A stretch of 64,000 nt of DNA from GCF_002087085.1 NZ_MWQY01000001.1:62001-126000; one strand, 5' to 3'. Positions 18,659-28,458 are shown, counted from the stretch's first letter. Numbers and translations are program-made. Notes: generated by a model not told the origin, from the sequence alone.

Positions 18659-19915
18659 TTAATTCTCGGTAAAGAATTTCTTGCCGATATCCGGTCTGTA
18701 CCAGGAGTCTTTGAACTGGACCTCCGGAACCACGGAATAAGCCTTCGCCCGTGCGCTCAGCGGACTTGAACCCAGCCCGACAACGGTAAAGCAGCGACCT
18801 CCGCCGGTAAGGATCTGCCCCTCCGGACTCAGGGTCGTGGATGCATGGAAAAGTACACAGTCTTTTCCGTTGTCCTTCGGCAGATTATCCACCCTTACGC
18901 CCTTTTTGTAGGGGCCCGGGTATCCCCCGCTTGCGACCACTACCCCCAGGGCCGACTTTTCGGATATCCGCAAGGGGAAGTCCTCAAGTTTTCCCTGTGC
19001 CATGGCATCTATAAGGTTCCCGATGTCGGATTCAATCAGAGGAAGCAGGACCTGGGCTTCGGGATCTCCAAAGCGCACATTATATTCCAGAAGTTTCGGA
19101 CCGGATTCGGTAATCATCAGCCCAAAATAAAGAACCCCCGTGTACATGAGGTTTTCCTTCACAAGCCCCTTGATCGTCGGTTCGACGACGTCCTTTTCTA
19201 TGCGGGCGAGTAAGCCGTTGGAGACCGTAGGAACCGGGCAGATCGCCCCCATCCCTCCGGTGTTGGGCCCGGAATCATCGATACCGGCTTTTTTGAAATC
19301 AGCACAGGGGGGAAGAAGTATATAATTCCTGCCGTCCAGAAGGGCGAAGATGGAGACCTCGAATCCGGTGAGAAACTCTTCCATAATAAGGCTGTCTTCT
19401 TTCAGAACCTCTTCCCCGAAGCTTTGCAGTTCCTCGGTATTGTCAGATTCAAGCACCCCTTTTCCTGCGGCGAGTCCGCTTTTTTTCAGTACCACCTTTC
19501 CGCTGCGGCCAGCGAGTTCCCCGGCCAGCTGTTTCGGGCTGTCGATCGTAACGGAGGCAGCAGTAGGCACCTTGTTTCGGAGCATGAAGTTCTTGGAGAA
19601 CTGCTTACTGGCCTCGAGCTGTGCGGATGCTTTTTCAGGTCCGATTACCGCGATACCCGCGTTTTTCAGGGAGTCCGCAACGCCTGCCGCGAGAGGGACC
19701 TCGGGTCCGATCACCACGTGACTTACCTTGCGGTTCACTGCCGCTTCGGTAATGGCTGCAGGATCCGCCGGATCGACGTCGGGGAGGTTTTCTCCCAGTT
19801 CATCAGTGCCGGCATTTCCCGGTGTTATATACAGCGCCGAGATGCGCTTGCTGGTGCTGAATTTCCAGGCTAAAGCGTGCTCCCTGGCTCCGGAACCTAC
19901 GATAAGTACCTTCAA
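18659..19915 (-). CDS. purD: Phosphoribosylamine-glycine ligase
   Basis: GSGAREHAL, GPNTGGMGA, EYNVRFGDPE; TTG start with AAGGAG RBS. Confidence 0.97.
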   Translation of the reverse strand: MKVLIVGSGAREHALAWKFSTSKRISALYITPGNAGTDELGENLPDVDPADPAAITEAAVNRKVSHVVIGPEVPLAAGVADSLKNAGIAVIGPEKASAQLEASKQFSKNFMLRNKVPTAASVTIDSPKQLAGELAGRSGKVVLKKSGLAAGKGVLESDNTEELQSFGEEVLKEDSLIMEEFLTGFEVSIFALLDGRNYILLPPCADFKKAGIDDSGPNTGGMGAICPVPTVSNGLLARIEKDVVEPTIKGLVKENLMYTGVLYFGLMITESGPKLLEYNVRFGDPEAQVLLPLIESDIGNLIDAMAQGKLEDFPLRISEKSALGVVVASGGYPGPYKKGVRVDNLPKDNGKDCVLFHASTTLSPEGQILTGGGRCFTVVGLGSSPLSARAKAYSVVPEVQFKDSWYRPDIGKKFFTEN

Positions 19916-19989
19916 ACAGACGCTCCTTGTTGTTGTGTGGGTGATTTATTACATACCTTTTCTGCTTATCCCCGGGGCAGGTACGACCC

Positions 19990-20559
19990 TTAGCTGATGT
20001 TCCCTTCGAGGATGTCCAAGATTACCTCAGGATAGAGGCGATGTTCAAGTGCGTGGATGCGGGCTTCAAAGTCCTCCAGACTTTCGCCGTCGATGCGGGG
20101 TATCTTGCCCTGACGGATTACCGGTCCGGTGTCCAGTCCGTAATCCACCCGGTGTATTGTAATCCCCAGTTCCCTGTCTCCGGAGCGGTAACTCTCTTCG
20201 ATGCCATGGGTTCCGGGGTATTTGGGCAGAAGACTCGGGTGAATGTTGATAATCCGGTCCTTATAGGCGTCCACAAGAAGAGGCGACAGCAGGCGCATAA
20301 AACCTGCCAGGACTATAAGATCTATGGAACGGGGTTTCAGCCTTTCCAGAAGCTCTCTCTCCGCATCCTCCCGGGTATCGCCCCGGAAATAGTTGATGTC
20401 CTCCACCGGTATGCCGGCAGCCTGTGCACGCTGCCGGACATAGGCCTTCTTTCGGTCACAGACCAGCAGAACCAGTCTGTGGGGTGATTCCTTCAGAGCG
20501 TCGGCGATGGCCTGGAAGTTCGATCCGCTGCCGGAGGCGAAAACCGCAACATTCCCCAC
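19990..20559 (-). CDS. purN: Phosphoribosylglycinamide formyltransferase
   Basis: SGSGSNFQA, LAGFMRLL, NIHPSLLP. Confidence 0.97.
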   Translation of the reverse strand: MGNVAVFASGSGSNFQAIADALKESPHRLVLLVCDRKKAYVRQRAQAAGIPVEDINYFRGDTREDAERELLERLKPRSIDLIVLAGFMRLLSPLLVDAYKDRIINIHPSLLPKYPGTHGIEESYRSGDRELGITIHRVDYGLDTGPVIRQGKIPRIDGESLEDFEARIHALEHRLYPEVILDILEGNIS

Positions 20560-20560
20560 C

Positions 20561-21523
20561 TTAAAGGTTCTCCGTCTCTACCCGTCCGATGGGGAGTGCC
20601 CGAATTTTCCTGTCCTCGCAGAGCTTGAGCAGGCTGGCTTCTTCCGCCCGGGGAACGACCAGGGCGATGCCGATTCCCATATTGAAAACCCGGTACATCT
20701 CTTCAGTATCGATTCCCCCGTGTCTCTGTATGGCTTCAAAAATCGACGGGACCGGCCAGTTGCGGTCGAGGACCGGACGCAGCCCCTGGGGCAGGACCCG
20801 GATAATATTGCCTTCCAGTCCCCCGCCGGTTATATGGGCCGCTCCGAGGACAAGACCGGACTCGATCAGGGGTGTCAGTTCCCGTACGTATATCCTGGTG
20901 GGAGTCAGAAGTTCCTTCAGGAGCCCGGTTTCGGATTCAGGGATCGCCTTGCGGGCCAGGGAGAGTCCGTTGGAGTGGATTCCTGAAGAGGGAAGGCCTA
21001 TTATTGAATCTCCCGGGCGGATCATCTCTTTTTTGGGAAGCATCCGGGATTTTTCAACCATACCCACGGCAAAACCGGCCAGATCGAACTCCCCTGAATC
21101 GTAGAGATCCGGCATTTCGGCGGTCTCTCCCCCGGCAAGGCGGCATTTCGCGTCTTCGCATCCGGCTATGATACCTTCAACCAAGGGATGCAGAATGGAC
21201 TCATCCAGTCCGCCGATGGCGATATAATCCAGAAAGAGCATCGGCTTCGCACCGCAGACAATCAGGTCGTTCACGCTCATGGCGACAAGATCGATGCCCA
21301 CGGTGTTGTAGGTTTTCAGTTTCTGGGCGATCAGGAGTTTTGTTCCCACTCCGTCGGTGCAGGAGAGCATTACGGGTTCCCGGTATCCCGACAGGTCCAG
21401 CTCCATTCCGCCGGCGAATCCGCCTATCCCCGGACCCAGGGCGGGGGATTTTATTGATGCTATGAAGCGGGCAAAGCGGTCACCGCCTTCGATGTCGACT
21501 CCGGCTTCCTTATAGGTACTCAT
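20561..21523 (-). CDS. purM: Phosphoribosylformylglycinamidine cyclo-ligase (AIR synthetase)
   Basis: YKEAGVD, TDGVGTK, GGETAEMP, HITGGG, FNMGIG; start re-called to the ATG at 21523 behind an AAGGAG RBS. Confidence 0.97.
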   Translation of the reverse strand: MSTYKEAGVDIEGGDRFARFIASIKSPALGPGIGGFAGGMELDLSGYREPVMLSCTDGVGTKLLIAQKLKTYNTVGIDLVAMSVNDLIVCGAKPMLFLDYIAIGGLDESILHPLVEGIIAGCEDAKCRLAGGETAEMPDLYDSGEFDLAGFAVGMVEKSRMLPKKEMIRPGDSIIGLPSSGIHSNGLSLARKAIPESETGLLKELLTPTRIYVRELTPLIESGLVLGAAHITGGGLEGNIIRVLPQGLRPVLDRNWPVPSIFEAIQRHGGIDTEEMYRVFNMGIGIALVVPRAEEASLLKLCEDRKIRALPIGRVETENL

Positions 21524-21548
21524 AACAGGGGTTCTCCTTGTGGGTAAT

Positions 21549-22946
21549 CTATACTTCCCGGGGCTGCACCGGGTAATTCCCGGTAAAACAGGCATAACAG
21601 TAGCCTTCGCCATCTTTCAGGCACTCCATCAGACGGGGAATTTTCAGGAATTTCACACTGTCCGCTCCTATATGAGCGGCAATTCCATCCGGGCTCAGGG
21701 AGTTGGAAATCAATTCCTTACGGGTGGGTATGTCTATTCCGTAGTAGCAGGGGAATTTTATTTCGGGTGCGGAGAGGCGAAGGTGTACCTCCTTCGCTCC
21801 TGCTTCGCGCATGAGGGATATCAGAATGCGGCTTGTTGTACCCCGTACCAGGGAGTCGTCCACCAGTATTATCCTCTTGCCGCGGACGACCTCCCGGACC
21901 GGATGCAGCTTCATCCGTACCGCAAGCTCCCGCTGGGATGTGGTGGGAAGAATAAAGGATCGGCCGGCATAATGGTTCCGGGTAAGGCCCTGTTCGAAGG
22001 GCAGTCCGGACTGTTCCGCGTAACCCAGAGCAGCGCTGTTGCCTGAGTCGGGGACCGGCATAACCAGGTCGGCCTCTGCGGATTCGTCCATAGCCAGGGC
22101 TGCACCCATGGCCTTGCGGGTCAGATGTACGGACTCTTCAAATACCAGGGAATCCGGCCGGGCAAAATAGATGAGCTCAAAAACACAGCGTTTCGGTTCT
22201 GTTCCGGGAGCGAAGGTTTCACTTTTTACTCCCGAGGAGTCTATATAGAGGATCTCCCCCGGTTTGACTTCCCTGAAGTCCCTGATTTTCAGCATATCCA
22301 GGGCACAGGTTTCGGAGGCAACTGCTGTAATCGTGTCGGAGAAGCCGATATAGAGGGGGCGAAATCCCCAGGGATCCCGTATGGCGATCAGCTGGTCCTC
22401 GTGGAGCATTACCATGCTGAAGGCCCCTTCCAGCTCACCCAGGGTCTCAATAAGCGCCGATTTGAAGTCCGGCTGCCTGGATCGGGCTATCATGTGCAGA
22501 ATAAGCTCCGTATCCGATGTACTTTGGAAAATAGAACCATCCATGGAGAGTCTGGCATTCAGAGCGGAGGCATTCGATATGTTTCCGTTATGAGCGATGG
22601 CCGCCGAGCCCTTGTTGCATGAAGCCGCCAGGGGCTGGGCGTTTTCCAGCCGGTTGCCTCCCCGGGTTGAATAGCGGACATGACCGATGCCCAGGGTTGA
22701 AGGATGGGGTTTTTCCAGATAACGGGACAGGACTGTGGAGACCATCCCGAGGTCTTTGTAGGTCACAAAGCGGCCGGTACCGTCTTCGGGGATCTCCTTC
22801 CGGTAGCAGATACCGGCGCTCTCCTGGCCGCGGTGTTGCAGGGCAAAAAGCCCGTAAAAGAGCTTTTCCGGAATATTGTCGGGATTGGCGCTGTGAACTC
22901 CCACAACGCCGCAGTGATGCCTGAGAGAATCGCCTTGTTGTTCCAT
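21549..22946 (-). CDS. purF: Amidophosphoribosyltransferase
   Basis: Propeptide then CGVVG, LQHRGQESAG, GHVRYST, VDDSLVRGTT, C-terminal CYAC; start re-called to 22946. Confidence 0.97.
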   Translation of the reverse strand: MEQQGDSLRHHCGVVGVHSANPDNIPEKLFYGLFALQHRGQESAGICYRKEIPEDGTGRFVTYKDLGMVSTVLSRYLEKPHPSTLGIGHVRYSTRGGNRLENAQPLAASCNKGSAAIAHNGNISNASALNARLSMDGSIFQSTSDTELILHMIARSRQPDFKSALIETLGELEGAFSMVMLHEDQLIAIRDPWGFRPLYIGFSDTITAVASETCALDMLKIRDFREVKPGEILYIDSSGVKSETFAPGTEPKRCVFELIYFARPDSLVFEESVHLTRKAMGAALAMDESAEADLVMPVPDSGNSAALGYAEQSGLPFEQGLTRNHYAGRSFILPTTSQRELAVRMKLHPVREVVRGKRIILVDDSLVRGTTSRILISLMREAGAKEVHLRLSAPEIKFPCYYGIDIPTRKELISNSLSPDGIAAHIGADSVKFLKIPRLMECLKDGEGYCYACFTGNYPVQPREV

Positions 22947-23047
22947 TGAGAAGATATAACACCCTTTGAGCGGCAGGGTCAACCGTCGCCGCCTGTATTG
23001 AGGAGCTCAGGACCGAATTTCTCGGCCGCCGGCTGAACAGGTCGGCT

Positions 23048-24040
23048 TCACTCCTGAAGGGAAGAGAGGAATTCTGAAAAATAACCGCGGTATTCTCCCA
23101 GGCTTTCACAGTGGACAAGCTGGTTTCGGAATGCGGCGGAACCGTTGATGCCCTTCGTGTAGGAGCAGAGCTGTTTTTTCATTTCCTTGACAGCCAGGGC
23201 TTCGCCTTTTACCTCCACGCAGCGTTCAAGATGGCCCAGGGCCGTTTCAATCCGTTCCCGGGGAGTCGGTGGAGAAAGGACTTCCAGACCGGACAGGAGT
23301 GAGCGTATTTCCCGGAACAGAAAGGGATTACCCAACCCTCCCCGGGCGATCATCACCGCATCGCATCCGGTCTGCAGGAGCATCCTGCGGGCATCTTCGG
23401 CGCAGAAGATGTCCCCGTTACCGGTAACAGGTATTTCCACTGTCTCCTTGAGCCGGGCGATCTGTTCCCAGTCGGCTTTGCCTCCGTAACCCTGGCTCCG
23501 GGTTCGCCCATGCAGGCTTATCATCGATGCGCCCGCATCCTGGGCGCGGAGGGCGGCTTCGATAAAGGTGTAGTTCTGATGGTCCCACCCGGTACGAAGT
23601 TTTACACTTACCGGAAGGGATGTGGTTTTTTTCATGGCCCTCACAATCTCCCCTATCTGCACGGGGTCCTTCATGAGGGCTGCTCCGGCACCGGTTTTTA
23701 TTACCTTGGGTACCGGACATCCGCAGTTGAGATCTATGACAGTTGGTGTAAAGGGGATGATATACTCCATTGCCGCTGCAGCGCTCTCTGGAGAGGAGGT
23801 AAATACCTGGATTCCGTAGTTGGTTTCGTTCCTGCCCCGGATAAGAAGCTTCCGGGTTTTCAGATTTTCCCGGATCAGTGCCTCACAGGAGACCATCTCG
23901 GTAAAGCAGAGGTCCGCCCCTGCTTCCACGGCGAGTTCCCGGTAAGGAACATCCGTAAACCCCGCCAGGGGGGCACACAGTATATTCCCTTCCAGGACTG
24001 TGGTGCCCAGTGTCAGGGGATGCAGCAGAACGGCGGACAT
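23048..24040 (-). CDS. dusB: tRNA-dihydrouridine synthase DusB
   Basis: APLAGFTD, DLNCGCP, HGRT, GNGDI, MIARG. Confidence 0.93.
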   Translation of the reverse strand: MSAVLLHPLTLGTTVLEGNILCAPLAGFTDVPYRELAVEAGADLCFTEMVSCEALIRENLKTRKLLIRGRNETNYGIQVFTSSPESAAAAMEYIIPFTPTVIDLNCGCPVPKVIKTGAGAALMKDPVQIGEIVRAMKKTTSLPVSVKLRTGWDHQNYTFIEAALRAQDAGASMISLHGRTRSQGYGGKADWEQIARLKETVEIPVTGNGDIFCAEDARRMLLQTGCDAVMIARGGLGNPFLFREIRSLLSGLEVLSPPTPRERIETALGHLERCVEVKGEALAVKEMKKQLCSYTKGINGSAAFRNQLVHCESLGEYRGYFSEFLSSLQE

Positions 24041-24055
24041 GTGGCGATCTTCCGC

Positions 24056-24841
24056 TTACTCCTGGATGCCGAAGAAGCGGCAGGCGTTATTGTAGAGGAT
24101 ATCCGCCATCTCTTCGGAGTCCAGTCCCCTCAGCTCCGCCAGGAATTCGGCGGTGGCGCCGATATAGGAGGGGCGGTTCCGTTTTCCCCGGTAGGCGGCT
24201 GGAACCATGAAGGGGCTTTCGGATTCGATGAGCATGCGGTCCAGCGGCATGTTCAGGGCCGTTTCATGAAGGTTCTTGGCGTTCCGGTAGGTGACGTTTC
24301 CTGCGAAGGAGATGTACAGGTTCAGTTCCAGGGCCTGTCTGGCGTAGGCCCAGTCCTCCGAGTAACAGTGAAGGACGCCGCCTTTGGGAGGAAGCTTCTC
24401 GGTGAGAATATCGAGGACGTCACTGCCGGCTTCGCGGTTGTGAATGATCACCGGAAAATCCAGCTTGGCCGCCAGTTCCAGCTGCCGGATAAACAGTTCG
24501 ATCTGGGAATCCCGGTTGCCGAATTTACGGAAATAGTCGAGACCTATCTCTCCAATGGCGACAATTCGGTCGAATGCGGAGCCTTCGATGATTTTTCTTT
24601 CCCAATCTTTGCCCGGATGCGAAACTTCTGATGGAGAAACGCCGATACTGTGATATATATAGTTTGCAGTCTTCAGGTTCTCGTAAACCTGAAAGAAATC
24701 CTGCAAATTATTGCAGATGGAGACAATATGCTGAACCCCGGCCTGTCTGGCCTCAGAAACAATAATAAGCTGATCAATGGGGTCTTCATTGATAAGCCCT
24801 ATATGCGCGTGAGTGTCAAAAAACTTCATGTCGGCTTCCAT
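24056..24841 (-). CDS. tatD: TatD-family metal-dependent nuclease/hydrolase
   Basis: DTHAH, AIGEIGLDY, IHNREA, HCYS, ESESPF; start 24841 or 24829. Confidence 0.93.
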   Translation of the reverse strand: MEADMKFFDTHAHIGLINEDPIDQLIIVSEARQAGVQHIVSICNNLQDFFQVYENLKTANYIYHSIGVSPSEVSHPGKDWERKIIEGSAFDRIVAIGEIGLDYFRKFGNRDSQIELFIRQLELAAKLDFPVIIHNREAGSDVLDILTEKLPPKGGVLHCYSEDWAYARQALELNLYISFAGNVTYRNAKNLHETALNMPLDRMLIESESPFMVPAAYRGKRNRPSYIGATAEFLAELRGLDSEEMADILYNNACRFFGIQE

Positions 24842-24916
24842 TGTGTGAAGATTACGCAGAATACTTACGTATACAACCGTAAAGTATCACGAAGTATCGA
24901 CGGCGTCAATAATTAT

Positions 24917-24945
24917 TTGACAAAGTTTTATCAACATGGTAATCT
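24917..24945 (+). promoter_or_regulatory. sigma70 promoter of the M23 peptidase gene
   Basis: TTGACA-N17-TAATCT with extended TG. Confidence 0.7.
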
Positions 24946-24989
24946 TTGCTCATTCAGGGAATTATACTTCAGTCCCCGAGGAGAAGGTT

Positions 24990-25997
24990 GTGTCCCCCGC
25001 TAACCAGTACAAAAAAGTGGAAAATAAACTGTTTCTTGCCGTGGGCACGCTGTTTTTTCGTTTGTTTTCCGCTGTCGGACGGTCTTTCAACTCAATAATC
25101 GCCATAGGGAAACAGCGCTTCACCGTAATGTTCATTCCCCATTCGGAAAAAAAGATCTTCAATTTTAAAATATCCGTGTTCGCGATGATCTTTTTTGCCG
25201 CTCTTCTTTCGGGGGTCGTTACCTTTTTCTTTTATTATGGAACCCATTACTCCGGAATCTCCTCCCTGCTCAAGGACCGCTCCATCAATCTGGAAGGTAC
25301 CCAGGCGAATCTGGAACTCATCCGGGACGAGATTGCTTCTCTGAAGAAATCCTCCAGGGTCTTTGAAGCATCCCTGAACGAGGCTCTGTCCACCCTGGGT
25401 CTTCAGGACCGGGGTACCGGGCAGCCGACTGCAGACGGTGACCTGTCCAGCTTTCTCGGCATGGAGGAACAGCAGGAAGGAGTAATGCGGGAACTCAGCG
25501 ATCTCCAGAGCATGGGGGCCCTGTTCCTCGATTCCGCGAAATCCCTGGAGAGTATTTCCAAACTGCTGTCCGCCCAGGGTGATCTGCTGTACGATCTGCC
25601 TTCCATCTGGCCTGTCGAGGGAGGTATCGGACGAATTACCAACCCCTTTGGTCCGGCGGAACACCCTTTTACCAAGCAGTGGTATCTTCATAAGGGTATT
25701 GATATCGCCTACGGGTACGGAATTCCCATAATCGCCGCAGCCAACGGCAAGGTTGTGGAGCGAAAGTACGAACCCCTGGGCTTCGGGAACTATCTACTGA
25801 TCCGGCATAAATACGGTTTTTATTCAAAATATGCCCACATGGGACGGGTCTTTGTCCGGGAAGGGGATTCAATTACCCAGGGACAGCGTATCGGAACCAT
25901 GGACTCCACGGGCCTTTCCACGGGACCCCACCTGCATTATGAAGTCCGCATCGGATCGCAGGTTGTCGATCCCGCCCGATTCCTCAATATTAAATAA
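24990..25997 (+). CDS. M23-family metallopeptidase with TM and coiled-coil
   Basis: HKGID and STGPHLHYEV zinc motifs; GTG 24990 follows GAGGAG, while ATG 24936 lies inside the promoter. Confidence 0.93.
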   Translation: MSPANQYKKVENKLFLAVGTLFFRLFSAVGRSFNSIIAIGKQRFTVMFIPHSEKKIFNFKISVFAMIFFAALLSGVVTFFFYYGTHYSGISSLLKDRSINLEGTQANLELIRDEIASLKKSSRVFEASLNEALSTLGLQDRGTGQPTADGDLSSFLGMEEQQEGVMRELSDLQSMGALFLDSAKSLESISKLLSAQGDLLYDLPSIWPVEGGIGRITNPFGPAEHPFTKQWYLHKGIDIAYGYGIPIIAAANGKVVERKYEPLGFGNYLLIRHKYGFYSKYAHMGRVFVREGDSITQGQRIGTMDSTGLSTGPHLHYEVRIGSQVVDPARFLNIK

Positions 25998-26146
25998 AGG
26001 CACCTCTTAGAACGTGGTATTTTTCCCATAGTCAAGAAGGAAAGATTTTGTAGCGACCGCAGATTCTTGTGCTAACAAGAGTTGAGGACCGCGGGAAATC
26101 TTGACGACGCAGGATATGGGAAAAAGAGTAGTTATCAGAGGTGCCC
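25998..26146. mobile_element. MITE-like non-autonomous element, 149 bp
   Basis: About 33-bp imperfect terminal inverted repeats (RGGCACCTCT...TTTTTCCCATA) flanked by an ATAA direct repeat (25994-25997 and 26147-26150). Confidence 0.7.
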
Positions 26147-26154
26147 ATAAGGCC

Positions 26155-26312
26155 AGGCACCTCTGAAATCTCAGACCTGATTTCTCATGTTTTCAATGAG
26201 GTTTCCGCTTTGGCTTGAAAAACAGGCGCCGAACGATTAGTATATGCCCAGGGATCTTTGTGAACAAACGGTATTTTTCCATGGGTAAAAAAGCCTGTTT
26301 TCAGGGGTGTTC
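26155..26312. mobile_element. Second, degenerate MITE-like copy
   Basis: Left end AGGCACCTCTGAAA; right end reads GAACACCCCTGAAAAC..TTTTTTACCCAT on the minus strand. Confidence 0.5.
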
Positions 26313-26349
26313 CCTGCAAATTATAAAACTTGTGGCGGCATAGTATTGT

Positions 26350-26760
26350 ATGAGTGATGTTATTGGCGCTGAAGGCGCTTTTATTAATTCGTTTATCGGC
26401 GAAGGGACCCGTTTTGAAGGGAATCTGTCTCTTTCGGGGCTCCTGAGGATCGATGGAGATTTTCTGGGAACCATCGCAACCGAAGGAAAGGTTCTCATAG
26501 GAAAATCCGGCAGAGTGGAAGGGTCCGTTTCGGCCAGAACTGTTGTTGTGGGTGGGGCAGTAAAGGGAGATATCTCCTGTACGGAGAAACTGGTTATCCT
26601 CTCCTCCGGCCTCATGCTTGGGAATGTACGGTCTCCCCGGCTTATAGTGGAGGAAGGAGTCATAGTGAACGGCGAATGCCGGATAAGCGGGGATCGTGAG
26701 ATTCCCCTTGATACTCCCGATACCGCGGTGTATCAGCCCTTTGAGGCCGCCCGGAAATAG
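26350..26760 (+). CDS. Bactofilin (polymer-forming cytoskeletal protein)
   Basis: IGEGTRFEGNL....LRIDG.F.G.I beta-helix repeats; downstream of an M23 peptidase. Confidence 0.93.
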   Translation: MSDVIGAEGAFINSFIGEGTRFEGNLSLSGLLRIDGDFLGTIATEGKVLIGKSGRVEGSVSARTVVVGGAVKGDISCTEKLVILSSGLMLGNVRSPRLIVEEGVIVNGECRISGDREIPLDTPDTAVYQPFEAARK

Positions 26761-26768
26761 GAAGAAGT

Positions 26769-27254
26769 GTGGACCGGATTGATCCGCTGACTGGCGCTCC
26801 AATACCTTTTCATCGGAATGAAAAACGCCGGGTCGAAAAAAAGGGAGAGATAAAAAAGGACTTCAGATCCTTTGTTCAATCCGCCGATGAAGCGGAGGTC
26901 GCTCTCGACCTGCCGGATATTCCCGACGGCGCCGATCTTGAAGGAATTCTCGACGAGATACATGAGGCGGGTGAGCGTCTTTCCGAAGATCCGGGCATGA
27001 AGAACGTTCTTGCCTATAAACGTATTGTCAAGGCATTTCTTCGTTATGTGGTAAAGAATACCCGGCAGATTGAGCATCAGGAAGGTGCCCGTCTGAGCAT
27101 TTTCAAGGCGCCGAAACGCTATACCCTTATATCGGTTGTTGACAAAAAGCTTGAACAGCTGGCCGCCGGGATTCTTCAGAATCAGTCTGATAAACTGGAA
27201 ATTTTGAAAAAAGTAGAAGAGATCCAGGGACTCCTTGTCGATCTGACGGGATGA
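26769..27254 (+). CDS. YaaR/DUF327-family protein
   Basis: GERL.......V..YK..VK.FL and EEIQGLLVDL pattern. Confidence 0.8.
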   Translation: MDRIDPLTGAPIPFHRNEKRRVEKKGEIKKDFRSFVQSADEAEVALDLPDIPDGADLEGILDEIHEAGERLSEDPGMKNVLAYKRIVKAFLRYVVKNTRQIEHQEGARLSIFKAPKRYTLISVVDKKLEQLAAGILQNQSDKLEILKKVEEIQGLLVDLTG

Positions 27255-27274
27255 TCCCAATACGAGGTTTATTT

Positions 27275-28144
27275 ATGGAGAATAATCAGGAACTGAATAA
27301 GGATTCCTGCTGTTATAGAATAAAGGTGGTCCATTCGAGTGAAACCCATCTTGCTCTTTTTCCCAAGGACGATCCCCTTGTAAAAGGTGACATGCTGATC
27401 GTTGACTCCCGCTACGGCAAGGATCTGGCGCTTGTTCTGGGGAACTCCTGCTGCTGTCAGAAAGCCGGCGATAAAGGCGAGATGATCAATATCGTCAGGC
27501 GTGCGAACGATTCCGACATGAAAAGACATGAGGAAAACCTGGAACGGGAGCGGGAGGCTCTGCAGGTCTGCAGAGAAAAGGTGGATGCCAGGGGTCTCGA
27601 TATGAAACTCGTATCCGCCCATTATCTGGATGAAGAGTCCAAGCTGCTTTTTTTCTTTACCGCTGAAGCCCGGGTCGATTTTCGTGAACTCGTCAAGGAT
27701 CTGGTGGCCGTTTTCAAGACCCGTATAGAGCTGCGGCAGATCGGGGTTCGGGATGAATCCCGGGTGCTGGGTGGCATCGGTGTGTGCGGACGGGTTCTCT
27801 GCTGTAACGGAATTACCGACAAGCTGAACCCTGTTTCCATCAAGATGGCAAAGGAACAGAACCTGAGTCTGAATTCCATGAAAATTTCCGGTCCCTGCGG
27901 TCGCCTTTTGTGCTGTCTGTCCTATGAATATGACTTTTACCGTGAAGAGAAGCGTTCCTTTCCTCCCGAGGGGGCTCGTATTCCCTTTAACGGCCTGACC
28001 TATAAAGTCGCAGAAGTCAACGTTCTGTCCAAGACTGTGAAGCTCCATTCAAGTGAGGGCGGGGTGACGGATGTACCGGTGACCAGCTTTGAACGGGATG
28101 GAGAGACCAGAAAATGGAGAATTCTTCGGATTGACGAGGATTAG
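27275..28144 (+). CDS. PSP1-domain protein (RicT/YaaT family)
   Basis: RVDFRELVKDL...FKTRIELRQIGVRDE, GIGVCGR.LCC, KISG.CGRL.CCL.YE; start 27275 or 27251. Confidence 0.92.
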   Translation: MENNQELNKDSCCYRIKVVHSSETHLALFPKDDPLVKGDMLIVDSRYGKDLALVLGNSCCCQKAGDKGEMINIVRRANDSDMKRHEENLEREREALQVCREKVDARGLDMKLVSAHYLDEESKLLFFFTAEARVDFRELVKDLVAVFKTRIELRQIGVRDESRVLGGIGVCGRVLCCNGITDKLNPVSIKMAKEQNLSLNSMKISGPCGRLLCCLSYEYDFYREEKRSFPPEGARIPFNGLTYKVAEVNVLSKTVKLHSSEGGVTDVPVTSFERDGETRKWRILRIDED

Positions 28145-28149
28145 CGACC

Positions 28150-28179
28150 TTGACTTCTGTTCCGTGAGCATGATAGATT
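28150..28179 (+). promoter_or_regulatory. sigma70 promoter of a small Cys-rich gene
   Basis: TTGACT-N18-TAGATT with extended TG. Confidence 0.55.
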
Positions 28180-28262
28180 GAGTCACGTTTTTCTGATATA
28201 TAAAACCATATCCGCAGTATCTGGTATGACTGCGTAGTTATTTTTTGGGAAGGAGTTAAGCG

Positions 28263-28433
28263 ATGGCGCAGATTAGTAAGAACGCCCGTGCAGGTTCCGC
28301 AACTCAGCGTTTTGAGTGCCCCTGCGGCGGCGAGGTCAAGATGAAGTCGATTTTTGCGAACGGACGATTGCGAAACGTCGCAGAGTGTGAAAAGTGCAAA
28401 CGCACTGAACGGCGCCCACGGGATTTCAGATAG
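28263..28433 (+). CDS. 56-aa basic zinc-ribbon-like protein (not in ORF track)
   Basis: MAQISKNARAGSATQRFECPCGGEVKMKSIFANGRLRNVAECEKCKRTERRPRDFR; GGAAGGAG RBS, promoter upstream, terminator downstream. Confidence 0.8.
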   Translation: MAQISKNARAGSATQRFECPCGGEVKMKSIFANGRLRNVAECEKCKRTERRPRDFR

Positions 28434-28458
28434 TCCCCGCGAATATAAACAAACGCCG

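Noticed and set aside
24936..24989. Longest-ORF starts for M23, rpsT (28488), purM (21613), purF (22982), fliG (55519), LytTR (59521), LytS (61244) and the hybrid kinase (63231)
   Set aside because: The extensions overlap promoter elements or neighbouring genes; downstream starts fit RBS, promoter or family N-termini better
25998..26312. Possible CRISPR or known ncRNA from repeated GGCACCTCT
   Set aside because: Copies are inverted and few, no regular spacers, no cas genes; a MITE fits better
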